This document shows, piece by piece, positions 12,630-25,139 of a stretch of 64,000 nucleotides of DNA (positions are counted from its first letter, which is position 1; each line of letters starts with the position of its first letter). Under the pieces are notes generated by a model that had not been told where the DNA came from, did not search any database, and saw only the letters and a list, made by a program, of their open reading frames with translations. Source of the DNA: Octopus sinensis. Lineage: Eukaryota. Position numbers and translations under genes: made by a program. Where the stretch lies: positions 15,376,001 to 15,440,000 of the forward strand of contig NC_043020.1 in NCBI RefSeq assembly GCF_006345805.1, written 5' to 3'.

Positions 12630-13298
12630 CCTCTTTTACTCTTTTACTTGTTTCAGTCATTTGACTGCGGCCATGCTGGAGCACCGCCTTTAGTCGAGGA
12701 GGATATAGACATCCCCCCCAGGACTTATTCTTTGTAAGCCTAGTACTTATTCTAATCGGTCTCTCCTTTGCCGAACCGCTAAGTTACGGGGACGTAAACA
12801 CACCAACATCAGTTGCCAAGCGATGTTGGGGGGACAAAAACAAACACGCAAACACACATACACATATATATACATATATACGACGGGCTTCTTTCAGTTT
12901 CCGTCTACCAAATCCACTGACAAGGCTTTGGTAGGCCCGAGGCTATAGTAGAAGACACATAGACCACCAGGACTTATTCTTTGTAAGCCTTGTACTTATT
13001 CTAATCGGTCTCTCCTTTTCCGAACCGCTAAGTTACGGGGACGTAAACACACCAGCATCAGTTGTCAAGCGATGTTGGGGGGACAAACACAGACACACAA
13101 ACACATACACACATATATATACATATACATATATACGACGGGCTTCTTTCAGTTTCCGTCTACCAAATCCACTGACAAGGCTTTGGTAGGCCCGAGGCTA
13201 TAGTAGAAGACACTTGCCCAAGGTGCCACGCAGTGGGACTGAACCCGGAACCATGTGGTTGGTAAGCAAGCTACTTACCACACAGCCACTCCTGCGCC
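12630..13298 (-). mobile_element. SINE family A with internal ~245-bp tandem duplication
   Basis: The segment CCAGGACTTATTC...TAGAAGACAC is present twice (~12718-12958 and ~12967-13212). Confidence 0.85.
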
Positions 13299-14075
13299 TG
13301 AAAAAAAAAAGATTGAAAAAATAATTTGTATATTTTTTTTTTACACTTCTGCTCCAGATATCAGTAAAATACTGGGGGTAGATATACTCAGCTATTCCCT
13401 TCCCGCCGTTTCTCCTCAGTTACAAGCGACATGGATTTCAGATTTTGGTGTAAGACCAGCAATTTCGGGAGAGGGTTTAAGTAAGTCGGCTGGTACTTAT
13501 TTTATCGAACCCCGAAAGTATATAAAAGGTGAAGTCGACCTTGGCGGAATTTGAACTCAGAACATGGAGACGTGCAAAATGTCGCTAAGTAGCTCTCCCG
13601 GCGTGTTAACGATTCTACCAAGCTGGTCACCATAAGTTACAAACAATATTGTCATCATCGTCTGGCAGAAACGTTAGCAAGCCGGGCGAAATGCGAAGCC
13701 GTATTTCGTCTGCCGGTTCGGCAAAAGAGAATAAGCACTAGGGTTACAAAGAATAAGTTCTGGGGTCGATTTGCTCGACTAAAAGGCGGTGCTCCAGCAT
13801 GGCCACAGTCACATGACTGAAACATGTAAAAGAGTAAAAGAGAAAGAGTAAAGAGTACATTTTCTTATGATGTTCAATTATAAAAATTTAACGAAATTTT
13901 TAAAAGCATTGAATGGGCATGAGATATCCACTAAAATAAAAAAGGAATCAAAGGGGTCCACAGGCAAAAAAAAAAATGGCTGAGAAAGAGTGGCCTAAAC
14001 CCTTCAAGGCGGTTCCCAAACATGGCCACAGTCCAATGATTGAAATAAATAGAGGAAAAAAAGTCAGACAGGGAA

Positions 14076-14280
14076 ATGCGAAAGTACCTTTCCCAGCCTT
14101 TCGCCTTTGACACTACAGATGCAATATGTCTTACTATTGCCATCTATTTACAGCAGGTTGGCCGTCGCCTCTTTGACATTTGCAATGATGTAAGAGAGGT
14201 TTTTCCTGGTTGTTTTAACAAATTTCAATGGCAATTGTTCGTGGAATGCCGCCAGCGTTAAGGCTTCCTTAAAGAATTGC
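14076..14280 (+). mobile_element. CRE-clade non-LTR retrotransposon relic (C-terminal RLE domain)
   Basis: With two frameshifts it reads PFAFDTTDA..IYLQQVGRRLFDICNDVRE..WLF*QISMAIVRG(N)AASV. This matches the CRE C-terminal motif L.RRL...D.RE..FL.QRIS.AI.RGNAA. Confidence 0.6.
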
Positions 14281-14345
14281 TATATGGGGGACTAACTGTG
14301 ATCTATAGCCGCTGAGTGTAAAACGTGGTTGATGAAATGAGAACT

Positions 14346-14390
14346 ATACATACATACATACATACATACATACATACATACATACATACA

Positions 14391-14424
<34 letters not shown>

Positions 14425-14884
14425 CATACATACGAATATACATACATGTATACAAACATACATGCATGCATACATACATGAATACATACAAACATACATA
14501 CAAACATGCATGCATACAACATACATACATACATACATACATACATACATACATACATACATACATACATACATACATGCATACATATATACATACATAC
14601 GAATATACATACATGTATACAAACATACATGCATGCATACATACATGAATACATACAAACATACATACAAACATACATGCATGCATACATACATACAAAC
14701 ATACATACATATATACATACATACACACAAACATACATACATGTATACAAACATGCATACATAATACATGCATACGTACATACATACATACAAACATACA
14801 TACATACATACATACTACATACATACATACATACATACATACAACATACACACACACACATACATACATACATACATACATACA

Positions 14885-14918
<34 letters not shown>

Positions 14919-15535
14919 CATACATACATACATGCATAATACAAACATACATACATACGTGTATACAAACACACATCCATCCATCCATCCATACATACAT
15001 ACATACATACAAGCATACATACATACAAACATACATTCGTACATACAAACATACATACATACATACATACATACATACATACATGCAAACATACATACAT
15101 GTATACAAATATACATACAAACATACATACATACATACATGCGTACGTACGTACATACAAACATACATACATACATACATACATACATACATCAATACAT
15201 ACATACATACATACATACATACATACATACATACATACATACACACATACATACATACATACATCAATACATACATACATACATACATACATACATACAT
15301 ACATACATACATACATACACACATACACACATACATACATACATACATACATACACACATACACACATACATACATACATACATACATACATACATACAT
15401 CAATACATACATACATACATACATACATACATACATACATACATACATACATACATGCGTACGTACATACATACGTACATACATACATACATACATACAT
15501 ACATACATACATACATACATACATACATACATGTG
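14346..15535. repeat. ~1.2-kb (TACA)n microsatellite with internal duplications
   Basis: Direct repeats; source of the many MYVC/YIHT ORFs. Confidence 0.95.
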
Positions 15536-16348
15536 TATAATGAGTGCGCGATCCGTGTACATATGTGTATATGTATTACATGCATGAGTTTTTATGTTTA
15601 TTAGTATGTATACATGTATTTGTATGTATGTGTATAGACAGACGCATATTTGTATGTGTGTGTGTGAGTGTGTGCCTATATTTGCGTGTATATGCGTGTT
15701 GTGTGATTTGTACGCGCGTGTGCGTATATACAAATACATATACATCACATGCACACTCACACACACTCATTTATACTTGTATATGTGTTGTGTGTAAGAA
15801 TATGTTTATATGAGTGTATGTATTTTATTCCTGCCTCTCTTTCAATTATATGTATGCATGTGTGTGTGTGTGTTTCTCTGTGTGTGTGTGCATGTGTATG
15901 CTTGTATGTATATGGTTTTCCTATTTCCTTTCCTTCTTACTATTTATATAGTAGCTCTTCCTAAATTTTGTTCAGAGACGAAACAAAATATATTTTGTCG
16001 GACTAACGATTATGGATTAAATATTTTGTGTACGCACTACATACACACGCACACACATACATTACATACATATATTACAAACACACACACACACACATAT
16101 ATATATATCGCCATGTTGATTCGCTAGCCTCTGCACGCATATTTTTTTTCTCTCCTTCTTTCTGTGTTTTTTTTTCTGTGTATCTTTCTGTTGAAGAGCG
16201 TAGGCTCGAAACGTTAAAGACTTGTTTTATTTATATTTCCTGAGCGCCATACCAATACAATTGTTTGTTTTTATTCCACCTGCCTTCGTCTTTTGTTTAT
16301 TTCCGTAAACCTGCCTTCGTCTTTTGTCTATTTTCATAAAGCTTCCCG

Positions 16349-16415
<67 letters not shown>

Positions 16416-16460
16416 CACACAATTCGGTGTGTAGCGTTCCGTTGCTTGATAAATGAAAAA

Positions 16461-16856
16461 TATATATAACCAAACGACATAACGTATACTGAATGTAAAA
16501 ACAAACCGTGAGACAAACAGAATTTCCATAATCCTTCGTCAGTTATCGACCAATGGTACTTTTCAGTTTTGCACCTTTAGCGATAAAACTGAAAGCTTCC
16601 CAATTGGCAGTGCCCGCGAAAAGAAAGTCTTCTTGCGTAGAATTAGGGACAAGAGCCAACAAAACGAAACAAAACAAGCAAAACGACACAGAGTGATATT
16701 AAGGACGAGGGTAAATCGGAAAGCGTTTAGTTTTATCGCTAAAGGTGCGAATCTGAAAAAGTACCATTGGTCAATAACTGATGAAGGATTATGGACTTTC
16801 TGTTTGTCTCACGTTTGTGTTTACATTTAGTATATGTTATGTCGTTTGCTTATATA
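16461..16856. mobile_element. Fold-back/MITE-like element with ~150-bp inverted arms
   Basis: 16461-16610 is the reverse complement of ~16718-16856 (e.g. GACCAATGGTACTTTT / AAAAGTACCATTGGTC). Confidence 0.75.
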
Positions 16857-16934
16857 AAGTAGCTCTTCCTAAATTTAGTGCCACTCCAGAAAGCAGTGTT
16901 ATTAGGGACAGCTAGGATAGTTAGGAAAGTCAAA

Positions 16935-17124
16935 TGATTAGACTGTTGGAACAAAAATCTATCATCAGTCTACAAGTAACCATAGATGTCAAGAACCTTT
17001 CCCAAGTATCCTAGCTGTCCCTAATAACACTGTTTTCTGGAGCGGCACTTATTAAGTTTTGTGTCTATTTCCGCTATCCACTTGTTCAAACCTTTAAGAA
17101 TAGTTCCTGGTTGTGCGTAAATGA
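16935..17124 (-). mobile_element. R4/Dong-clade LINE 3' fragment
   Basis: Minus strand reads GTILKGLNKWIAEIDTKLNK/VPLQKTVLLGTARILGK; abuts the (AAT)n array. Confidence 0.65.
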
Positions 17125-17406
17125 AATAATAATAATAATATAATAATAATAATAATAATAATAATATAATAATAATAATAATAATAATATAATAGTAATA
17201 ATAATATAATATAATAATAATATAATAATAATAATAATAATAGTAATAATAATAAAATAATAATAATAATAATAATATAATAATAATAATGATAATAATA
17301 ATAAAATAATAATAATAATAATAATAATAATATAATATAATAATAATAATAATAATAATAGTAATAATAATAAAATAATAATAATAATAATATAATAATA
17401 ATAATA

Positions 17407-17453
<47 letters not shown>

Positions 17454-17480
17454 TAGTAATAATAATATAATAATAATATA

Positions 17481-17545
<65 letters not shown>

Positions 17546-17600
17546 TAATAATAATATAATAATAATAATAATAATAATAATGATGATGATAATAATAAAA
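17125..17600. repeat. (AAT)n array, ~475 bp
   Basis: Direct repeats with periodic TAGTAAT and AAAAT variants. Confidence 0.95.
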
Positions 17601-18590
17601 CCTATAATAATTTCTTTTGTTTCGGGACTCGAGACTGGAGACAAGACACATTTATGTGGTCGTGGCGAGAGTTACTTCCTTTTCTTCCACCACCACGTTT
17701 TTTGCCTTACTCATTTTTAATCGAGGCCCGAAGGCAAGCTTTGTAAAGGTGGAATCAACCTCGGTCACCTTTCACTCTACATAATGCAAAGTGTAATTAA
17801 GATTTTCTCATAAATTAAATAATGATATCTTAGATGCATAATGATAGTGATGACAATAATAATGACAAACAGTAATAATAGTGCACTTTGCGGTACAGCA
17901 GAGACACGCATGAAACTATAGCAAAACAGGATGATGATGATGGTGGTGGTGGTGGTGGTTGTGATGATTCAATAATATTTATAATAATTTCTTTTATTGG
18001 CCACAAGGACCCAGATTATGAGAACTGTAGAATAACAACGAAATGCTAAACAAAGAAGATGTACATCGAGCAGTGACCGACATCGAAGAAAAAGAAAGCG
18101 AAATAAAAAAAGATAAATATAACGACAAAAATTCACAACAAAACTTCTCCAGTATGAGGGGAAACTATCTAGAATAATTTGGGGGAAGAAAAACACACAC
18201 ACACACACACACAAAGTGCAGGAGTCGCTGTGTGGTTAAGAAGCTTGTTTCCCAACCATGAGACCTTAAGTTCGGTGTCACTGCTTGACAAGACCTCGGA
18301 CCGATCAATGCCTTGTGGGTACATTTGATAGACAGAGACTGAAAGAAGCCTACTGCATGTGTGAGTGTGTGTGTGTGTATGTGTTATGTTGATTTGCTAG
18401 CTTCTGCACGCATTTTTTTTCTCTCCTTGTTTCTTTCCGTGTTTCTTTTCTGTGTATCTTTCTGTTGAAGAGCGTAGGCTCGAAACGTAAAAGACTTGTT
18501 TTATTTATATTCCTGAGCGCCATACTAATACAATTGTTTGTTTATATTCCACCTGCCTTCGTCTTTTGTTTATTTTCATAAAGCTTCCCG

Positions 18591-18634
<44 letters not shown>

Positions 18635-18655
18635 ATACATACATACATACATACA

Positions 18656-18686
<31 letters not shown>

Positions 18687-20017
18687 GAATTTGTGTGTTT
18701 GTTCGTCATTACTGCTTAACAACCCGGTGTTGGTTTGTTTACTTTGTTTACGTCCCCGAAACGTTAGCACGCCGGGCGAAATGCTTAGCGGTAGTTCGTC
18801 TGTCTTCACGTTCTGAATTCAAATTCCGCCGAGGTCGACATTGCCTTTCGTCCTTTCGGGGTCGATAAATTAAGCACCGGCTGCGTATTGGGGTCGATCT
18901 AATCGACTGGCCCCCTCCACAAAAATTTCGGGCTTTGTGCCTAGAGTAGAAAAGATTATAGAAACCAGATACAGGAAAACTTACTGCTCTTCCATGCTAA
19001 AAGAAAACAGTAGGTCGGTTTTCACGATAGACTCAACTACTTTCAGAATTCATCCTACAAGCGACAGCAACCGTTCAATACAAGCCAACAAGTCGGTCAA
19101 TGAATGGATACTGGAAAAAAAGCATGCAGGACAGGTTCAACGCTTATGTCACATAACAGACAAGCTCGGCTGTTTGATGCTTCCGTGCCTTAGGACTTTT
19201 GGAAGTTTTTCATAATCTGACCTTAAATTCAGATTATCCTTGTCGCTGTTCAGATTGTCCTCGTCGACACCCAGAATTAGTCTCAGGTTATCGTCTTTCA
19301 TATCCTCCACTAGTTTTGTATAAAATGCAAGGGTTAACTTTCCACCGGCAGCACCTCCAGCCAATATAATACAGTGGAAACTTTTGTTCAAAGGTTTACT
19401 CGGGCAGGGCTGGCATGAGGGTGAAAATCAAAAGCGAGTATATATAAAATTCGAGTATGAATGTATTCCATCTTATACTCAAGAGAAAAGACAGGGATTC
19501 CGAGACTAAATGGTGGTGAGGAAAGGAGTGGGGAACTTTCCTCATCACCGAAAACGTGGCCCTTATATGTGCAACAGAGTAGGGGCTACTAAAGGCACTT
19601 AAAGTATCAGTTAGTGGTGTTAAACAGGGCGACGGATTAAGTCTACCATCCAAGTAGACTCGAGCAAGATTTGAACATAGAACGTAGAGAACCGAGAGAA
19701 ATATTGCTAGACGTCTGGTCGGATATTGTAATAGTTCCGCTAATCCATTGTCCTGGAGTGACACACTTATTAATCGATACTGAAAGGATGAAGCAGTATT
19801 TGAACCTGGAACGCAAAGAATCAAAATGAATGCCATCAAGCAAGACAGTCTAGCAAACGATGTTTCGGATTCTTCCAGTCTACCTCATAACGACAACGTA
19901 GTCCTAGTTACACTATGTCTGAATTTAAGTCGGGATGGTCACATCTGAAACACCTTTCGTAATAGGTTTTGCTCGATATATCTTTGACATGAGAAAACGA
20001 ACAACATATACAAAGTA

Positions 20018-20392
20018 TTTCGTTTTTGGTTTGCAAGATTCTTTATATGAGTTCGTGTGTTGAAGCAAATTCTGTTGTGTCTGGGGAGAGTCATTCTCTT
20101 TTTGTGCCTTATTATTTAACACACTCACCGGTAAAATTTCCATTTTTTTTTCTTATTTTTATTTTCCTAAAAATTTCGTTGCACGTTGCAACCTTTTCAA
20201 TAGTTTTGACTCTCAAAACGCGCAACGAAAATTTTAGGAAAATAAAAATAAGAAAAAAAGTGGAAATTTTATCGAGGTTGCAAGACGCAACGAAAATTTT
20301 AAGAAAATAAAAATAAGAAAAAAAGTGAAAATTTTACCGGTGAGTGTGTTAAATAATAAGGCACAAAAAGAAAATGACTTCCCCCAGACACA
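20018..20392. mobile_element. Dispersed AT-rich element forming a fold-back
   Basis: 20076-20190 is inverted relative to ~20285-20392. A single-arm copy is at 34370-34570. Confidence 0.7.
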
Positions 20393-20942
20393 GTCGCTGT
20401 TATTATTATTGATATTAAATATCAAAATGATGGGCTGAGAGAATCGTTTAAGCGTCGGAGAACAATACTTTGGCGGTCTTTGTTCCGGCTTTTTACAATT
20501 CTAAGTCCAAATACCGTTGGGTGCAGCTTTGCTCTTCATCTATTTACGGATCGATAAAAAAAAGGTGTACCAGTCAGGTGAAGGCAACGATGGTATTTAT
20601 AACCCCGTCCACTCCTCAAAGCTGCTGACTTTGTACCTTAATCGGGATAGCCATTATCTTTCAAAATATAATAAAAAGTTCAAATGTCTTCTTTTGTTTG
20701 TAACAGTTTGGAGTGTTTTGAAAAACACACACACACACACACATACATATTTGTGTACCTCTGTATAAGTGTGTGTGTGAGTATGTGTGTGCGTGCGTGT
20801 GTTGCACGCGCGAGTGCATTGAAACTTTCGGATTTGCTTAAAGTTTCACAGGGACGAGAAAAACACTTGTACCCATGCGGATGACTAGTTCTGAAACTCA
20901 GGACTAAGCACATGAATTATCAGGAGTGTTTTTACCACTCCC

Positions 20943-21025
<83 letters not shown>

Positions 21026-21124
21026 TATTTGTGTAACATTCTCCTTTTTTTTTTGTCCGTCCTTTTTTTCGTATACATTCGCTGCTATCTTCCAAGGAAT
21101 CTAATGCTCTTAGTGTGACCTAAG

Positions 21125-21445
21125 ATGTGGAAGACCCGTGTTGCCATATGCCGATGACGTCACCGTAGCGGTGTCGGATCCTAAACACATAGAAATGATC
21201 GGTATCGCTCTCAGGGACTATGTGGCGGTTTCAGGAGCGAGAATTAACCAGGGAAAGTCAGTGGGCTAGCGGCTCGGCACCTGAAGAAGCAAGTCCATAC
21301 TGTCCAACTGTGTCGTTGGGCGCTGGATAAACCGGTTAAATTGTTCAGGGTCTGGTTCAGTCCGGACCTCCAGATGGACAAAAACTGGGACGAGGTAACA
21401 AGCAGGGTGACCACTCTCACTCAGAACTGGGCCGAGAGAAAGCGG
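21125..21445 (+). mobile_element. L1/Tx1-clade RT fragment (pseudogenised)
   Basis: Reads YADDVTVAVSD...YVAVSGARINQGKSVG*RLGT*RSK...DLQMDKNWDEV. Confidence 0.7.
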
Positions 21446-21665
21446 ATTACTACTTATAACCTTAGGCATCCACAAGTTTTCACCTGCCTTTCTAGTGCTT
21501 AGAACCCTCCTGATAATCCTTGCTGTCCCTAAGAAACAAACTTTCTGTAGGAGCTCTACCGAGCATTCTGTTCCAGTCTCTTTCAGCCATTTGTCTATAC
21601 CTTTGCTGACTGTTCTTAATGCACCAATTATTATAGGCACGACCTTCACTTTTCTCACGCCCCAA
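21446..21665 (-). mobile_element. R4/Dong-clade LINE 3' fragment
   Basis: VKVVPIIIGALRTVSKGIDKWLKETGTECSVELLQKVCFLGTARIIRRVLS (ORF 21266-21658). Confidence 0.75.
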
Positions 21666-21869
21666 ATTCTCCCTATTTCAAATTTTAAGGGATTATATTT
21701 TTTGTTTGTTTTCCGTCTTCTTTCTTTACGATACTGGAATCAAACGGGCATGGTGGGTCGATCATTGAGCAACTTCGCTGCTTTTCCTTACCTATAATTG
21801 TTATGTCCGGTCTATTATCTTTCTAACTTCTTGTCCGTTTGAATAGGTAAGTCTTACAAAACCTTCAAA

Positions 21870-22250
21870 ATCCCCTCTTCTATCGCCTCCTCCCCTCCGA
21901 TCCCACCTCCTCATACAAACAGCGAGTGTCCTCCACCATCCACGACCTCATCTCCTCTTCTGCTCTCCCCCCACCGCCACCAACCTCATCGTCCGTACAC
22001 CCCGGACCTCCACCATCTATTTCCTTCCCAGATTCAAAATGTGACCGCGTGTGTACCGTTGGCGATTTTTTTCCCTCCGTCTTCCCTTCTCTGGATCTTT
22101 CCTTTTCCTATGTTTCTGACGAAGAGCTCCGCTCGAAACGTAAAACCCTCCGTCTTCCCTTCCTTCCTGAGCGTCCAATAATACTATATTTGTTCCACGT
22201 CCTAGCGTTCTTGTGTTTTCTCTTTGTGTTTTCATGTTTGGATTAACTAT
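21870..22250 (+). mobile_element. Penelope-like element relic (RT N-terminal part plus pseudo-LTR with HHR)
   Basis: With frameshifts it reads LPSDPTSSY(K)QRVSSTIHDLISSSALPPTATNLIVRTPRTSTIYFLP, the PLE region preceding the LPKIHK motif. It is followed by an HHR-bearing segment ending at (TA)n; a sister pseudo-LTR is at 37985-38180. Confidence 0.7.
22112..22146 (+). ncRNA. Minimal type I hammerhead ribozyme motif (full consensus)
   Basis: GTTT-CTGACGA-A-GAGC(TCC)GCTC-GAA-ACGT-A|AAAC: stem I GTTT/AAAC, palindromic stem III ACGT, GUA site after 22142. Confidence 0.7.
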
Positions 22251-22262
22251 ATATATATATAT

Positions 22263-22315
<53 letters not shown>

Positions 22316-22341
22316 CATACACACACACACTACCTTTTAAG

Positions 22342-22600
22342 CTAGCTCCTGTGAAGGGCTCTTCATTGGGCCTTGGGCCTAACAATGACGCTTCATACAT
22401 TGAGTACATATTAAATCTTATTGAACTTGAACAATAGTTTTCAAGAAATGAACAATTTTCGTCAAAATAATGATATAAATTGTCGACTTAAAACTTATTG
22501 CAAAGCTGTATGATAAATAATTTTTGTCTTCCCATTCGGGGTCAGTACAAATAGCTTGTTTCCATTCCCTAACCTTGAACAACCCACATATAGCTGGACG
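22342..22600 (-). mobile_element. Helitron 3' fragment (Pif1 helicase C-terminus)
   Basis: QLYVGCSRLGNGNKLFVLTPNGKTKIIYHTALQ* resembles the Helitron GQLYVA.SRV motif. Downstream is a TGAAG/CTTCA hairpin 6 nt before CTAG, but the next base is C rather than the usual T. Confidence 0.6.
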
Positions 22601-23217
22601 TAGGCAGCAATAAACTTACCTTTTAAAAGTTCAACGATAATTCTTCTGCCGCTACTTAATTTGAAGACAGTTTGATGTATGTAGGGCCTTACTTTTCGTA
22701 CAAGCAATTATTTGTAGTAGCTGTTATGTATCTAAACTCGCGTTTGTAGCTTGAAGGAAAATTACACCACTGTCGCTGAACACTATTTCAAAGTGCGATT
22801 TTTACGGTTTGGAACTGCTCTAAACGTATCTGATCATAAAGTTGTCAGAAATTTAGTATCTTTTAAGAATTTTTTAAAGTAATAATAAAATTAGTCGAGT
22901 CTATTCTCATGCAGTCGGACTGCACTAAGTTTCCCGTAAGCTCTGACGGCCGACGGTATGAAAACAGGTCTGACACATTTTATTGATATCTGAAAAAATA
23001 TCAGGTTTCCAACATTTTTATGTAAAGAGTTATGAGAGATAATATTGTATGAGAGAGCGAGTTTAATACGTATTTCACTTCCGAAAGAAGCCCGTCGTAT
23101 ATATGTGTCTTCAGAGATAGCAGTTATGGAATGAAATATACCCATTCTATTGACAAAAATACGAATACATATTTTTTCTGATTCATGGATTGCCGACTTA
23201 CGGATTATATATATATA

Positions 23218-23279
<62 letters not shown>

Positions 23280-23299
23280 GTGCGTGTGTGTGTATGTGT

Positions 23300-23513
23300 C
23301 TGTTTGTGTGTCTGTGTTTGTCCCCCCAACATCGCTTGACAACCGATGCTGGTGTGTTTACGTCCCCGTAACTTAGCGGTTCGGCAAAAGAGACCGATAG
23401 AATAAGTACTAGGCTTACAAAGAATAAGTCCTGGGGTCGATTTGCTCGACTAAAAGGCGGTGTTCCAGCATGGCCACAGTCTTAATGACTGAAGCAAGTA
23501 AAAGAGTAAAAGA
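23300..23513 (+). mobile_element. SINE family A 3' half
   Basis: Matches family A body and tail. Confidence 0.85.
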
Positions 23514-23545
23514 GAATATATAAAGAGAATATATATATAAAGAGA

Positions 23546-23576
<31 letters not shown>

Positions 23577-23718
23577 AAGAATATGAGGGGCTTAGTTCAC
23601 TGATGGTCTAAACGAATAGGTACGTAAGTGCTGTAACAGGTCATCCGTTAGGTTTCAAGTTCACAGCTGAGGCTGGAGCTAGGGATCCGTAGCAGGCTTC
23701 CGAGTCAGCGGGTATATA

Positions 23719-23953
23719 CAGGGTTGGCCAAAAAGTCACCTGACAGTAAATCAAAACCCATTTAATCCCAAGATTCATTTATGTTTAACAACTGAATGAA
23801 TTCAATAAAAGCATCTAAATATGAAACGTCATGAAAAATGTTCAAACTGAAGTTCTTCATGCGTGACACATTTCTCCATTCGAGTCAATACAGAACTACA
23901 GAAAGCATTTGTGGAATTTTGATTTACTGTCGGGCGACTTTTGGCCAACCTTG
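23719..23953. mobile_element. Tc1/mariner-type MITE, 235 bp
   Basis: ~38-bp TIRs CAGGGTTGGCCAAAAAGTCACCTGACAGTAAATCAAAA / TTTTGATTTACTGTCGGGCGACTTTTGGCCAACCTTG, flanked by TA. Confidence 0.8.
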
Positions 23954-23999
23954 TATATATCATGTGTGTGTATGTGTGTAGTCCGTAACTGCTGTCGGT

Positions 24000-24417
24000 T
24001 TACTCTTTTACTCTTTTACTTGTTTCAGTCATTTGAATGCGGCCATGCTGGAGCACCGCCTTTAATCGAGCAACTCGACCCCGGGACTTATTCTTTTGTA
24101 AGCCCAGTACTTATTCTATCGGTCTCTTTTGCCGAGCCGCTCAGTAACGGGGACATAAACACACCAGCATCGGTTGTCAAGCAATGCTAGGGGGACAAAC
24201 ACACTCACACAAACACACACACGCATATATAATATATATATATATACATATATACGACGGGCTTCTTTCAGTTTCCGTCTACCAAATCCACTCACAAGGC
24301 TTTGGTCGGCCCGAGGCTATAGTAGAAGACACTTGCCCAAGGTGCCACGCAATGGGACTGAACCCGGAACCATGTGGTTGATAAGCAAGCTACTTACCAC
24401 GCAGTCACTCCTGCGCC
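24000..24417 (-). mobile_element. SINE family A, full length
   Basis: Reverse complement of the consensus. Confidence 0.9.
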
Positions 24418-24632
24418 GGTTTGTTTATGTCCCCGTAACCTGTCGGTTCGGGAAAAGAAATCCGTAGAATAAGTACGTGCTTAAAAATAAATTACTGGTG
24501 TTGATTCGTTCGACAAAAAAAAAAAAAAAAAAAAAAAGAAATCCTTTCAATGACTGAAATAAGTAAAAAAATAAATGTTAGAACAAAATTGGAAATACAT
24601 AAATTTATTTGTGCGTGTTGTAGTTGTTGTGA

Positions 24633-24945
<313 letters not shown>

Positions 24946-25100
24946 TCTGCCTGTTCGTCCATCCATCCATCCGTTCATACGTCCATTAATCCATCCATCT
25001 ATGCGCCCATCCACCCGTCCGTCCGTGTCCCTTTGTCAGCAACATGTAGTAGTAGTAGTAGTAGCAGTAGTAGCAGCAGCAGCAGCAGCAGTAGTAGTAC

Positions 25101-25139
<39 letters not shown>

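Noticed and set aside
20170-20215. HHR-like TTGAAAA-G-GTTGC..GCAAC-GAAA in the fold-back element (minus strand)
   Set aside because: Stem I is only 3 bp and there is no credible stem III or cleavage triplet.
20873-20916. CATG-CGGATGA...GAAA...CATG
   Set aside because: Core altered at U4, no stem II, and position 16.1 is not U.
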